From positions 649-64,648 of the forward strand of contig CAZTVF010000010.1 in the NCBI GenBank assembly GCA_964616985.1: 64,000 nt of DNA, in the 5' to 3' direction. How positions within the stretch are numbered: the stretch's first letter is position 1; each line of letters opens with the position of its first letter. The position numbers and the translations under genes were made by a program. A model generated the notes under the pieces. That model did no database searches, was not told the DNA's origin, and saw only the letters and a list, made by a program, of their open reading frames with translations. Origin of the DNA: an uncultured Planctomycetaceae bacterium. Lineage in GTDB: Bacteria; Planctomycetota; Phycisphaerae; SM23-33. This document shows positions 1 through 9,040 of this stretch, piece by piece.

Positions 1-79
1 GCCGGAGTATGAAATCGAAGGCCGCACCATCGCCGAGATCATCGACAGCATCCTTCAGCAGGTGACCGTCCCGAGATGA
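1..79 (+). CDS. 3' end of an upstream gene (partial), probably the MoxR-like AAA+ ATPase that usually precedes DUF58 genes
   Basis: Open frame ...PEYEIEGRTIAEIIDSILQQVTVPR* ends with TGA at 77-79 and overlaps the DUF58 ATG at 76 (ATGA coupling). The MoxR identity is inferred from the conserved MoxR-DUF58 operon architecture, not from motifs in these 26 residues. Confidence 0.35.
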   Translation, partial: PEYEIEGRTIAEIIDSILQQVTVPR

Positions 80-1419
80 TCATTCCCCAACCCAGGCTGT
101 TGTGGTGGGCCGGGATCAGCCTCCTGGCCTGCGGGCTGGCCGCGGCAATCTGGCCGCGTGCGGCGGTGCAGATCTACGCCATCGCCGCGGCGCTGATGCT
201 GCCGGCGGCGCTGGACGCCCTGTGGGCGGCCTTGCCCGTGGCGGGCGTGGAACTCCTGGCCCCGACGCTGGCGCGCCTGGCCAAGGGCGTCGCGGGCGAG
301 TTGGAGTTGCGCGTCCGCAGCCGCACCGCCGCCCGCGGGCTGCGGGTCGGCCTGGCCGCCCCGCCGGAACTCGGCATCGAGCAGCCTGACATCACGCTGC
401 GTCGCCTGGCCGCGGGCCAATGGTACGTGGCGAAGTTCCTCTGCTTGCCCAATCGAAGGGGCAGCTACAACGTCCCGGAGTTCTACCTGGGCGCCGCGTC
501 GCCCCTGGGGTTCTGGCTCAAGCGGCGCGTGGTGCGCCCGCCGTGCGAGGTCCGCGTCTATCCCGACCTGCTGGCCGAGCGGAAGAAGCTCGGCGGCCTG
601 TTCCTCAACCGCGGCGGCGTGGGCGTGCACGTGCAGCGGCAAGTAGGCCAGGGGCGCGAGTTCGAGAAGCTTCGCGACTACGTCCCCGGCGACGGCTACG
701 ACTCGATCCACTGGAAGGCCACGGCCAAGCGAGCCCGCCCCGTCACCAAGGTCTTCCAGCTCGAGCGGACGCAGGAAGTGTACGTCTTGGTGGACTCGTC
801 GCGCCTGACGGCCCGGCCCTCGGCGCAGAAGGACGGCGAGGCCAACTCGCTGGCGCCGACGGCGCTGGAGCGGTTCGTCACGGCGGCCTTGATCATGGGG
901 CAGGCGGCCGAGCGGCAAGGCGACCTGTTCGGCGTGCTGAGTTTCTCCAACCGCGTCGATAACTTCGTGCGGGCCTGCAACGGCAAGGCGCACTACCGCC
1001 TCTGCCGCGACTCGCTGTACGGGCTGCAGAGCTCGCCCGTGACGCCGGACTTCGGCGAGCTGCTGACCTTTCTCCGCGTGCGACTGCGCCGCCGCGCCCT
1101 GCTCGTATTCCTCACCAGCCTCGACGACCCGCTGCTGTCGGAGACGTTCGTGCAGAACATCTCGCTGATCTCGCGCCAACACCTCGTGTTGGTGGGCATG
1201 CTCAAGCCCGCCGAGGTGCGGCCGGTCTTCTCGGCCCCCGCCGCCTCGATGGACGGCATCTACCGCGACCTGGGCGGCCACCTCCAGTGGCGCAGGCTGC
1301 AGGAACTCCAGGGCTCGCTGTCGGTACGCGGCGTGCAATTCCACCTCATGGACGACGAGGGCTTCTGCCCGCAACTGGTGGCCCGCTACCTGGCCGTGAA
1401 GCGGAGGCAGCTGCTATGA
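76..1419 (+). CDS. DUF58 domain protein (vWA-like, MoxR-associated)
   Basis: 447 aa with the hallmark DUF58 core REFEKLRDYVPGDGYDSIHWKATAKRARPVTKVFQLERTQEVYVLVDSSRLT. Start is coupled to the upstream stop and the stop is coupled to the next gene. Confidence 0.85.
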   Translation: MIIPQPRLLWWAGISLLACGLAAAIWPRAAVQIYAIAAALMLPAALDALWAALPVAGVELLAPTLARLAKGVAGELELRVRSRTAARGLRVGLAAPPELGIEQPDITLRRLAAGQWYVAKFLCLPNRRGSYNVPEFYLGAASPLGFWLKRRVVRPPCEVRVYPDLLAERKKLGGLFLNRGGVGVHVQRQVGQGREFEKLRDYVPGDGYDSIHWKATAKRARPVTKVFQLERTQEVYVLVDSSRLTARPSAQKDGEANSLAPTALERFVTAALIMGQAAERQGDLFGVLSFSNRVDNFVRACNGKAHYRLCRDSLYGLQSSPVTPDFGELLTFLRVRLRRRALLVFLTSLDDPLLSETFVQNISLISRQHLVLVGMLKPAEVRPVFSAPAASMDGIYRDLGGHLQWRRLQELQGSLSVRGVQFHLMDDEGFCPQLVARYLAVKRRQLL

Positions 1420-2414
1420 TCATGGACCTCCAGAAATTCGTCGAGCGGGAGCGGCCTTACTGGAACGAGCTCGAGGCGATCGTCGCCCGCACCTCCGGCG
1501 GGGCGTGGATGGAACTGCCCGAGGCCATGCGGCTGCACTACCTCTACGAGCGGGCGTCGGCGGCGCTGCTGCAGGTCCAGACATTCAGCGGCGAAACGGA
1601 GCTGGCCCACTACGTCGAGTCGCTGGTCGCGTCGGCGTACGCGATCATTCACGCCGCCGGGCGGCCACGGCGCCGCGTCAGGCCGCTGCGGTGGTTCTTC
1701 GTCACTTTCCCGACCGTCTTCCGCCAGCACTTCGCCGCCTTCGTCCTTTCGCTGGCCATCACCCTGGCCGGGGGCGGCTTCGGGGCGGCGGCCGTGCTCA
1801 TCGACCCCGACGCCAAGGCCGTGATCCTGCCCTTTCCGCATCTGCTGGGCGACCCCTCCGACCGCGTGAAGAAGGAGGAGCAGGCGTCCGACGACGCCCG
1901 CCACGGCGACCACGCGACGTTCGCCTCCATGCTGATGACGAACAACATCCGCGTGTCGATCCTTGCCTTGGCGCTGGGGTTCACGTTCGGCGTGGGCACC
2001 ATCTCGCTGCTGTTCTACAACGGCGTCATTCTGGGGGCCGTGTGCGCCGATTACATCCGCGCCGGCGAGTCGGTCTTCCTGGCCGGCTGGTTGCTGCCGC
2101 ACGGGTCGGTCGAGATCCCGTCGATCCTCTTCGCCGGGCAGGCCGGGCTCGTGCTGGCGTCGGCGCTGCTGGGGCGCGGGCAGAGCCTGCCCCTCAAGGC
2201 CCGCCTGCGGGCGCAGGCGCCGGCCCTGGTGACGCTCATCTTCGGCGTAGCGGTTCTGCTGGTCTGGGCGGGCCTGGTCGAGGCATTCCTTTCGCAGTAC
2301 CACTACCCTGTGCTGCCCTACAGCATCAAGATCGCCTTGGGCTGCGTCGAACTGGTGCTGCTGGCGGCCTTCCTGGGATTCAGCGGCCGCTGGGCGAAGG
2401 AGCCCGCCGAATGA
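1416..2414 (+). CDS. DUF95 / SpoIIM-like integral membrane protein
   Basis: ATG at 1416 overlaps the DUF58 stop (ATGA). Soluble N-terminal region followed by several hydrophobic helices, typical of stage II sporulation protein M-like proteins in MoxR operons. The ORF track starts earlier at 1287, but that lies inside the DUF58 gene. Confidence 0.7.
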   Translation: MIMDLQKFVERERPYWNELEAIVARTSGGAWMELPEAMRLHYLYERASAALLQVQTFSGETELAHYVESLVASAYAIIHAAGRPRRRVRPLRWFFVTFPTVFRQHFAAFVLSLAITLAGGGFGAAAVLIDPDAKAVILPFPHLLGDPSDRVKKEEQASDDARHGDHATFASMLMTNNIRVSILALALGFTFGVGTISLLFYNGVILGAVCADYIRAGESVFLAGWLLPHGSVEIPSILFAGQAGLVLASALLGRGQSLPLKARLRAQAPALVTLIFGVAVLLVWAGLVEAFLSQYHYPVLPYSIKIALGCVELVLLAAFLGFSGRWAKEPAE

Positions 2415-3193
2415 ACGGGCAACGCATCAATCGCCTGGTGATCCACACGCCCGAAGGGTGCGATTTCTCGCTCCTGCTGGCTGGGCCCGTCACGCGGTTT
2501 CTCGCCTGGCTGCTGGATCTGCTGGCCGTGATCGTGCTGGTGATCGCGGCCTTCATGGCGCTGGGGCTGCTGGTCGTGGGCTCGGGCGGTCTGCTGGGCG
2601 GGGTGGCCGGGATGCTGTCCTTCCTGATCGTGTTCATGGGCTGGTTCGGCTACGGGATCATCCTGGAATGGTTCTGGGGCGGGCGGACGCTGGGCAAGCG
2701 AATGATGGGCCTGCGCGTGATCGACGAGCGGGGCCTGCGGCTGACCTTCACACAGGTGGCCATCCGCAACCTGCTCCGCATGGTGGACATGCTGCCGCTG
2801 CTGTACCTGGTGGGCGGGGTATCGTGCGTGCTGTCGCGCCGCTGCCAGCGACTGGGCGACCTTGCCGCCGGCACGGTGGTGATCCGTTCGCGGCCGGTGC
2901 GCCCGCCGGATTTGTCGCTCGCCTTGGGCGATGAATCCAACACCTTCCGGGCCTACCCGCACATCGAGGCCCGCCTCCGCAAGGAGGTCTCGCCCCGCCT
3001 GGCGCAGCTGGCGTTGATCGCCCTGTCCCGCCGCGTTGAAATGAACCCCAACGATCGCCTGCTCGTCTTTTCGGAGTTCGCCGCGCAGCTTCGCACGCTC
3101 GTCGACTTCCCGCCCGCCCTCATCGACGGCCTCTCCGACGAGCACCTCGTCCGCAACGCTGTCGACTCGCTGTTCCGCGCGACCAAGGCGTAG
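2411..3193 (+). CDS. RDD family membrane protein
   Basis: ATG at 2411 overlaps the previous stop. Sequence MNGQRINRLVIHTPEGCDF...RFLAWLLDLLAVIVLVI...RTLGKRMMGLRVIDERG matches the RDD-domain pattern (R..D..D, two TM helices). Confidence 0.75.
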   Translation: MNGQRINRLVIHTPEGCDFSLLLAGPVTRFLAWLLDLLAVIVLVIAAFMALGLLVVGSGGLLGGVAGMLSFLIVFMGWFGYGIILEWFWGGRTLGKRMMGLRVIDERGLRLTFTQVAIRNLLRMVDMLPLLYLVGGVSCVLSRRCQRLGDLAAGTVVIRSRPVRPPDLSLALGDESNTFRAYPHIEARLRKEVSPRLAQLALIALSRRVEMNPNDRLLVFSEFAAQLRTLVDFPPALIDGLSDEHLVRNAVDSLFRATKA

Positions 3194-3207
3194 CAGGCCC
3201 GCCGGGC

Positions 3208-4782
3208 CTACTCTGCCTTCGGCCGCCTCGCGTCGTAGCCGGGCGGGGTCATGGCCTTCTGAAGGTCGCCGTAGACGGCGGTGCGGGCGAGTTCGATGGC
3301 CTCCTCGATCGCCAATATCCACTCCCCCGGAACGCTGTGGTCGGCGTCGTAGCAGTACGCGCCGTGGCCGCCGAGGTAGAGGTCGATCTTGAGTTGGGCG
3401 AACTTCTGGTAGGTCGACAAGGGGCTGCGCTGCGGCCAGGCCGTGTCGCTCCAGGTGATGGGAAACCCGTGCGCGATGCCCCCGCCGCCGTACATGAACG
3501 TGTCCCCCGTGCAGGCGACGATCTTTCCTTCCCATGGCAGGCAGTAAGCCGCGTGGGCCCAGCAATGGCCCGGCGCGTGGAAGACCTCCACGGGCGTGCC
3601 GTGCCAGTCCAGCACCTCGCCATACCGCAGACGCCGGTCGACCTTGAGGCTGTTGTACGGGAAGTTGTACCAGTCCAGCACGCACGGGTAGCCGTAGTCG
3701 CGAGGACGTTCCAGCACGTCGGCCACCGGGCCCGACGTCATCACCTTCGTGCCGTACCGCTCGCGAAGGAGCGGCGCGTATTCCATGTGGTCGCCGTGAT
3801 AGTGCGTAATCAAGGCCCAGTCGATGGTCTTGAGACCCGCCTCTTTCTCCAGGAGATTCAGCGACTGGTTCATCAGGCCGCAGTTGGTCGCCCAGTCGAA
3901 CCATACGCAGATGTCGGGGTCGACGATCAGGCCGCGGCCTTGCTTGTCGATAAACAGCGCGATCGTGCCGCCGTTGTTGGATTGGAAGATACCCTCGCTG
4001 TGCTGGCGGAGGATGCCCAGGTCGCGGAGGGGCGCCTTCTGGGGCCGGCGGACCAGGCCGCGCCACGTGGGGCGCATCGCCTGGCGAAGACGCACCCGCA
4101 TCGTGCGGCAGTCGCCGCCGGGCTGGTGCGTGACGGGGCCGGTGCTGGGGCAGCCAAGCTTGGGGTCCAGCGCCGCCACCTTATCCAGTGACGCGAAAAG
4201 TTCCTGCCAGCCGTTGTACAGCCCGTACCCGCGTTCAATGTCATAGAGGTTGACGAGATAGCCGCCAGCCGCGAAGAGGTCGCCGCTGAAGAGGATCCCC
4301 TTTTGACGCCAGTACAGGCCGATCGACCGCTTGCCGCTGCCGGGCAGGGCGAGCACCTCGAGCTCCACGTCCTGCCAGCGGAATATCTCGCCGGGCTTCA
4401 GGACGCCCGCGACGTTCAGCGGCTGCTGCGGCGGGCGCTCGGTCACGCAGCCGCCGATGCCGTACTTCTCCATGCCGCGGTCGTCGGGCCCCCACTGGCG
4501 GTCCAGGCCCCAGACGGTCCGGCAATCTTTGAAGAATTGCTCCGTCCGTCGTGCGATCTCCTCGCTCCCGGAGTGCACATACACGCGGGCGTCGCCCAGC
4601 GAGGCCCACTCGCGGCAGTGCTCCTCCTGCACCTGTGTGTGCAGGATGACCTCCGGGCGCGGCAGGCCCCGGGCGGCGATCCGCTCGGCCATGTCGGTGC
4701 AGGGGCAGTCGACGAGAAGACTGCGGCCGTTGCGGGTGATCAGGTAGCCGTTGGTCTCGCTGGCAAAAACTTCTACGTCCAT
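3208..4782 (-). CDS. Tandem MBL-fold metallo-hydrolase (two metallo-beta-lactamase domains)
   Basis: Start at MDVEVFASE... with a GGAG RBS 8 nt upstream. The second domain has HYHGDHMEY (HxHxDH) and the first has H..H motifs. The track's longer ORF (to 5070) has no RBS and reads across the intergenic terminator. Confidence 0.8.
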   Translation of the reverse strand: MDVEVFASETNGYLITRNGRSLLVDCPCTDMAERIAARGLPRPEVILHTQVQEEHCREWASLGDARVYVHSGSEEIARRTEQFFKDCRTVWGLDRQWGPDDRGMEKYGIGGCVTERPPQQPLNVAGVLKPGEIFRWQDVELEVLALPGSGKRSIGLYWRQKGILFSGDLFAAGGYLVNLYDIERGYGLYNGWQELFASLDKVAALDPKLGCPSTGPVTHQPGGDCRTMRVRLRQAMRPTWRGLVRRPQKAPLRDLGILRQHSEGIFQSNNGGTIALFIDKQGRGLIVDPDICVWFDWATNCGLMNQSLNLLEKEAGLKTIDWALITHYHGDHMEYAPLLRERYGTKVMTSGPVADVLERPRDYGYPCVLDWYNFPYNSLKVDRRLRYGEVLDWHGTPVEVFHAPGHCWAHAAYCLPWEGKIVACTGDTFMYGGGGIAHGFPITWSDTAWPQRSPLSTYQKFAQLKIDLYLGGHGAYCYDADHSVPGEWILAIEEAIELARTAVYGDLQKAMTPPGYDARRPKAE

Positions 4783-4911
4783 CACAACATCTCCGGCCGG
4801 TGCGACAGCCGCCGCGGTTGGCAAGACAGCATGATAACACAATGCGGCGGCCGTAAGGCGGGCGTTTATACCGTTGCCGCCGGTGGGAAACAATAGAGAG
4901 AAGGCGAGGAA

Positions 4912-4952
4912 CAAAAAAGGCCGCTGTCTCGCTCGTGACGAGACAGCAGCCT
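4912..4952 (-). terminator. Rho-independent terminator after the Gly/Tyr-rich gene
   Basis: On the minus strand: GGCTGCTGTCTCG-tcacgag-CGAGACAGCGGCC followed by TTTTTTG, 45 nt after the stop at 4998. Confidence 0.55.
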
Positions 4953-4997
4953 GTTTCTTGCACGGCCGCCCCCAGCCGTGCACGTCTTGCGTTGGTA

Positions 4998-5348
4998 TTA
5001 GAAGCTGATCGAGAAGCGGAAGCTGCTCGGGCGGCTGTAGGGCCGGTAGTAAGGCCGCTCGACGTAGCACGGGCGATCGTAGATCACAACCGGTGCACGG
5101 TGGTAGTAGCTGGGCTGGGAGACGTACACGCGCGGGTTGTAGTATGGCTTGTAGTCATGGCTGCGGTAGCTGTCGTGCCCGCCACGATAGCTGCTGCCGT
5201 AGCTGCTGCCGTAGCTGCCGCCATGGCTGTATCCGCCGCGATACCCATCATGCCCGCCCGGCGTCCAGGCGAACGAGTCGCTGGCCGTAAATCCGATCAC
5301 GGCCACCACGCCGACCAGCAGGATCCATTTGTTCAAACGAGGCTTCAT
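4998..5348 (-). CDS. Small secreted Gly/Tyr/Ser/His-rich low-complexity protein
   Basis: Strong RBS AAGGAG 6 nt before the ATG. Signal peptide MKPRLNKWILLVGVVAVIGFTASDSFA, then GGYSHGGSYGSSYGSSYRGGHDSYRSHDYKPYY..., ending FRFSISF. Followed by a terminator. Confidence 0.6.
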   Translation of the reverse strand: MKPRLNKWILLVGVVAVIGFTASDSFAWTPGGHDGYRGGYSHGGSYGSSYGSSYRGGHDSYRSHDYKPYYNPRVYVSQPSYYHRAPVVIYDRPCYVERPYYRPYSRPSSFRFSISF

Positions 5349-5543
5349 GTTTTTCTCCTTCTTGAGGTTCTGGTTTTACTGAATGTCGTTCAGTCGCTTC
5401 ATAAGACCCCCGCCCTCGCAGGAGGTTAGTAGAAAATATTCGCTTGCCCGGCCAGGCCCTTCGTCATCAATGCCCAGTTCTTTCGCAACTCCTCCAGGGG
5501 CGATCCGTTATACTAAGCAGGCGTCTTCGCAAAAGGAGTACCC

Positions 5544-6917
5544 ATGAAGCGATTCCAACTCAGCGTTCGTGCCGCATTCCTGATCCTGCCGCTGGTCGTG
5601 TTCAGCCTGGCCGCCCCGGCCGAGTGGACGCCGACCGATGCCCCCAACCAGCCCATGGGCGAAGGCAAGGGCATCGCCCCCGGCCGCGTCGTGTGGGCAT
5701 ACGACGCCAACGTCGCCAAGTGGGATGGCCGCATGCCGGACCCCAAGGCCAGGAAGCCGGCTTCGGGCCCGGCCGAGACCTTCACCCACTGGGGCGACGA
5801 CACCAACACAAACGCCGCCATCGCGGCCAGGATGCTCAGCGACTCGCTCCGCTCGCTGACCAACGCCAAGACCGACAACGACGCGTGGGCCGCCCTCTTC
5901 ACCCACTACAACAAGACCCATGGCCGCGGCGAGGCGTCGTACAAACCAGGCGAGAAGATCGTCATCAAGCTCAACCTCAACACGGCCGCCAGCTACAAGA
6001 ACCAGGGCTACGGCTACTACAACACGCCGCAGGCCACGCTGGCCCTGCTGCGGCAGTTGGTGGCCGCGGGCGTGAAGCAGGCTGACATCGTCCTCTACGA
6101 CGCCTCGCGGTACATGCCCGACGCGATCTTCAAGCCCGCGCACGCCGAGTTCCCCGACATCCGCTTCGAGGATCGCGAGGGCGGTGAGGGACGCTTCAAG
6201 TGCGAGCCGGACATGAAGTCCGCCCTCCACTTCGGCGACCCCAACACCGAGGACAACGACAAGACCTTCCTGCCCACCTGCGTGACGGGCGCCACGTACA
6301 TGATCAACGCGGGCGTCATGAAGGGCCACGACCTGGCGGGCGTGACGCTGTGCGCCAAGAACCACTTCGGTTCGACCTTTCGCGAAAGCGCCACCAAGAG
6401 CTGGAACAAGGGTTGGGACCCGGGCAACATGCACGCGTCCGTCTGCGTGCACGACGTGCCGGGCATGAAGATGACCGCCCGGCCGATGGGCTCGTACAAC
6501 GCGCTGGTCGACCTGACCGGTCACAAGGACCTCGGCGGCAAGACGATCCTATACCTGATCGACGCGATCTACGCCTCGCCCCGCCAGGGCGGCGACCCGG
6601 CGAAGTGGCAGTCGGCCCCCTTCAACGGCGGCTGGACGTGCAGCCTCTTCGTCTCGCAGGACCCCATCGCGATTGAGTCGGTCTGTCTGGATTTCTTCCG
6701 CCAGGAGCCCACGATCAGCAACATCAGCGGCAACGTGGACAACTTCCTGCACGAGGCCGCTGCCGCCGGCGCCCCGCCGTCAAAGACAAACTACGCCCCG
6801 TCCGGCCAGAAGCTCACCAGCCTGGGCGCCCACGAGCACTGGAACAACGCCAAGGATCGCCAGTACAGCCGCAACCTTGGCAAGACCGAAGGCATCGAGC
6901 TGATCACGGTGAAATAG
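5544..6917 (+). CDS. Secreted protein, DUF362-like
   Basis: RBS AAAGGAG and signal peptide MKRFQLSVRAAFLILPLVVFSLAAPA. Segments IVIKLNLNTA and VMKGHDLAGVTLCAKNHFGS resemble DUF362. The family call is from memory of the motif only. Confidence 0.55.
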   Translation: MKRFQLSVRAAFLILPLVVFSLAAPAEWTPTDAPNQPMGEGKGIAPGRVVWAYDANVAKWDGRMPDPKARKPASGPAETFTHWGDDTNTNAAIAARMLSDSLRSLTNAKTDNDAWAALFTHYNKTHGRGEASYKPGEKIVIKLNLNTAASYKNQGYGYYNTPQATLALLRQLVAAGVKQADIVLYDASRYMPDAIFKPAHAEFPDIRFEDREGGEGRFKCEPDMKSALHFGDPNTEDNDKTFLPTCVTGATYMINAGVMKGHDLAGVTLCAKNHFGSTFRESATKSWNKGWDPGNMHASVCVHDVPGMKMTARPMGSYNALVDLTGHKDLGGKTILYLIDAIYASPRQGGDPAKWQSAPFNGGWTCSLFVSQDPIAIESVCLDFFRQEPTISNISGNVDNFLHEAAAAGAPPSKTNYAPSGQKLTSLGAHEHWNNAKDRQYSRNLGKTEGIELITVK

Positions 6918-6952
6918 TCCACGAACTTGCCTGCGAAAGGAAAGGACCCTGC

Positions 6953-8653
6953 ATGCGTCACTGCCTCGCCGCCGCCATCGCCCTGGCCCTGCTTGCCGCC
7001 ACAGCCCTCGCCGATGAGCCGAATCAATCCGCGCCCGCCGCGGTGAAGTTCGAGAAGCTCGCCGACGGTTTGCCCGATGTCGCTGTCTCGATCGAAGAGG
7101 CCGGCAACAACGTGTACCTGTATTCCGGCGGCAAGCCCGTCGCCTTCTGGGACGGTAAGCGTCTCGTGATCGCCGAGTTCGCCAGGGCGAGCATGAGGCG
7201 AGAGTCCGCGGTCCCAGACGCCTGCGGGAACACCTACGCGCTCGTTGACGCCAACTTGGTCGTGCGGACGAATGGCGAGCTAAACGCCGCTGCGCCGGTG
7301 CCGCCCAAGGCTCAATGGGAGTTCCTGGCCGCCGACAACCTCTCCTTCGTTTTCCTCGGCGGCAAGGGCGGCTTGGTAAGCTTTGACCCCCGCAAGGTCG
7401 AAGCGGGCTGGGTCGCGTTTGACAAGACCGAACTCGCCGGCAAGGAAATCACCGCCCTTGGCAATGGCCCCGACGGCGCTGTGCTGGCGGGAACGTCCGA
7501 GGGGAAAACATACCGCATGGATCGCCTGGCCGCCTCTGCAGCGACGCGTTTTGACGCGGGCGGCCTGGGCGACCAGCCCATCCGCGCGATCTACACGGCC
7601 ACCGACGGCAGCGTGTACGTCGTTGCCGGCGGGACGCTCTACCGCGCCGCCCCGGCGCCCAATGCCTGGCAGAAACACTGGCAGGAGACGACGTCGATGC
7701 CCTACGGCGCTCACGACGTCTACGGCGCCGTGCTCGACGGCAAGCTCTACATCCCCGGCGGCATGGCCGACCGAGGCCTGCCGTCGGTCTTCTACTCGTA
7801 CTTCAAGGAAATGTGTGTCTATGATCCCAACGCCCAGTCATGGAGCGTCACCGAGCCCATGACCGAGGCCCTCTGCTACTGCGGCACGGCCGTGCTGGAC
7901 AAGAAGGTCTGGGTCATCGGCGGCGGCAAGAACGCCGGCGTCGATGGCAAGCACAAACGCGTGCCCGTGGACGTGGTGCACGTGTATGACCCGGCCACGA
8001 AGAAGTGGCAGATCGGCCCCAAGCTGCCGCACCCGATCATGGAGTCGGTGGTGGTCGAGACCGGCGGGCGGATCTATTCCATCGGCGGCATGGACGCCAA
8101 CGAGAAGCGGCTGGCCGAGGTGCTCAGCATCGGCGCGGGCGAGACGCAGTGGCGGGCCGAGCCCAACGCGCCCATGGGCGTGCAGCAAGCGGCGGGCTGC
8201 GTGATCGACGGCGTCATCTACGTGGCCAACATGCAGACGGGCCTGATGTCGTTCGATCCCAAGGCCGGCACGTGGGAAGCGAACCTGCCCAAGCCGCCCG
8301 GCGGCGGGGCGCCTTCGGCCCCGCTGGTGGCGGCGCACAAGGGCGAGGTATGGATGATCGGCGGCTACGGCGATCGCATCGTCGTGGAGGAACTGCCCCC
8401 CGCCTCTCAGCCGGCCGGGGCCAAGAACCCGCCCAAGCCGCGCACCGTCACCAAGCGGATTCCACTGAACCCGCGGGCCACCTGGCACTACAACCCCAAG
8501 ACCCGCACCTGGGCGGCCGGGCCCGACCTGCCGGGCCCCCGCTGCTGGGGCGCCGCGGTCGAGTTGAACGGCCACCTGTACATCGCCGGCGGCGCGTATG
8601 GGCTTCCCGGCCTGTTCGTGTTCCCCACCAGCGTGTTCATGCTGAGAGACTGA
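6953..8653 (+). CDS. Secreted Kelch-repeat (beta-propeller) protein, NanM/galactose-oxidase-like
   Basis: RBS AAAGGA and signal peptide ending ALA-DEP. Repeated Kelch-like blades (KLYIPGG, KVWVIGGG, GRIYSIGG, EVWMIGGYG, GHLYIAGG). Confidence 0.75.
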   Translation: MRHCLAAAIALALLAATALADEPNQSAPAAVKFEKLADGLPDVAVSIEEAGNNVYLYSGGKPVAFWDGKRLVIAEFARASMRRESAVPDACGNTYALVDANLVVRTNGELNAAAPVPPKAQWEFLAADNLSFVFLGGKGGLVSFDPRKVEAGWVAFDKTELAGKEITALGNGPDGAVLAGTSEGKTYRMDRLAASAATRFDAGGLGDQPIRAIYTATDGSVYVVAGGTLYRAAPAPNAWQKHWQETTSMPYGAHDVYGAVLDGKLYIPGGMADRGLPSVFYSYFKEMCVYDPNAQSWSVTEPMTEALCYCGTAVLDKKVWVIGGGKNAGVDGKHKRVPVDVVHVYDPATKKWQIGPKLPHPIMESVVVETGGRIYSIGGMDANEKRLAEVLSIGAGETQWRAEPNAPMGVQQAAGCVIDGVIYVANMQTGLMSFDPKAGTWEANLPKPPGGGAPSAPLVAAHKGEVWMIGGYGDRIVVEELPPASQPAGAKNPPKPRTVTKRIPLNPRATWHYNPKTRTWAAGPDLPGPRCWGAAVELNGHLYIAGGAYGLPGLFVFPTSVFMLRD

Positions 8654-8705
8654 TGTCGATCCTTGCACCGTTGTGCAGGGCATAGCGCCGACGCCGCCTC
8701 GCGCG

Positions 8706-9005
8706 GCTCGTAGGGTGGGCTGGCCAGCCCACCATCGACCTGTGCCATCCCTCCCGTGATGGCGGCGCCAAAGCTTCTTCGCCATGACCACGCCGCCCCA
8801 CAGTAACGCGTAGGGTGGGCTGGCCAGCCCACCATGAACCTGTGCCATCCATCCCGTGGTGGCGGCGTCAAAGCTTCCTCGTCTTGGCAACACCGCCCCC
8901 GCAGGAGTCATCGCTAACGAATGGTGGGCTAGCCAGCCCACCCTACGTCAATGCCACCGCAGGCGCCATCGTCAGCGAATGGTGGGCTGGCCAGCCCACC
9001 CAACG
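8706..9005. repeat. Cluster of 4 REP-like perfect palindromes GGTGGGCTGGCCAGCCCACC with conserved flanks
   Basis: Palindromes at 8714-8733, 8814-8833, 8923-8942 (one mismatch) and 8981-9000. The first two sit in ~73-bp direct repeats (8709-8781 and 8809-8881, ~90% identical). The last two carry the flank in inverted orientation. Intergenic. Confidence 0.7.
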
Positions 9006-9040
9006 GTGGCGCTGTCAGCGCAGACGCATTCGCGAAATTC

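Noticed and set aside
55-4066. Long minus-strand ORFs 55..1374 and 2318..4066
   Set aside because: They are antisense to the DUF58, DUF95, RDD and MBL genes and consist of Arg/Gly/Ala-rich GC artefacts.
8706-9005. Possible CRISPR array
   Set aside because: The repeats are 20-bp perfect palindromes with irregular spacing, the so-called spacers are themselves repeated, and no cas genes are nearby. It is a REP/BIME-like cluster.
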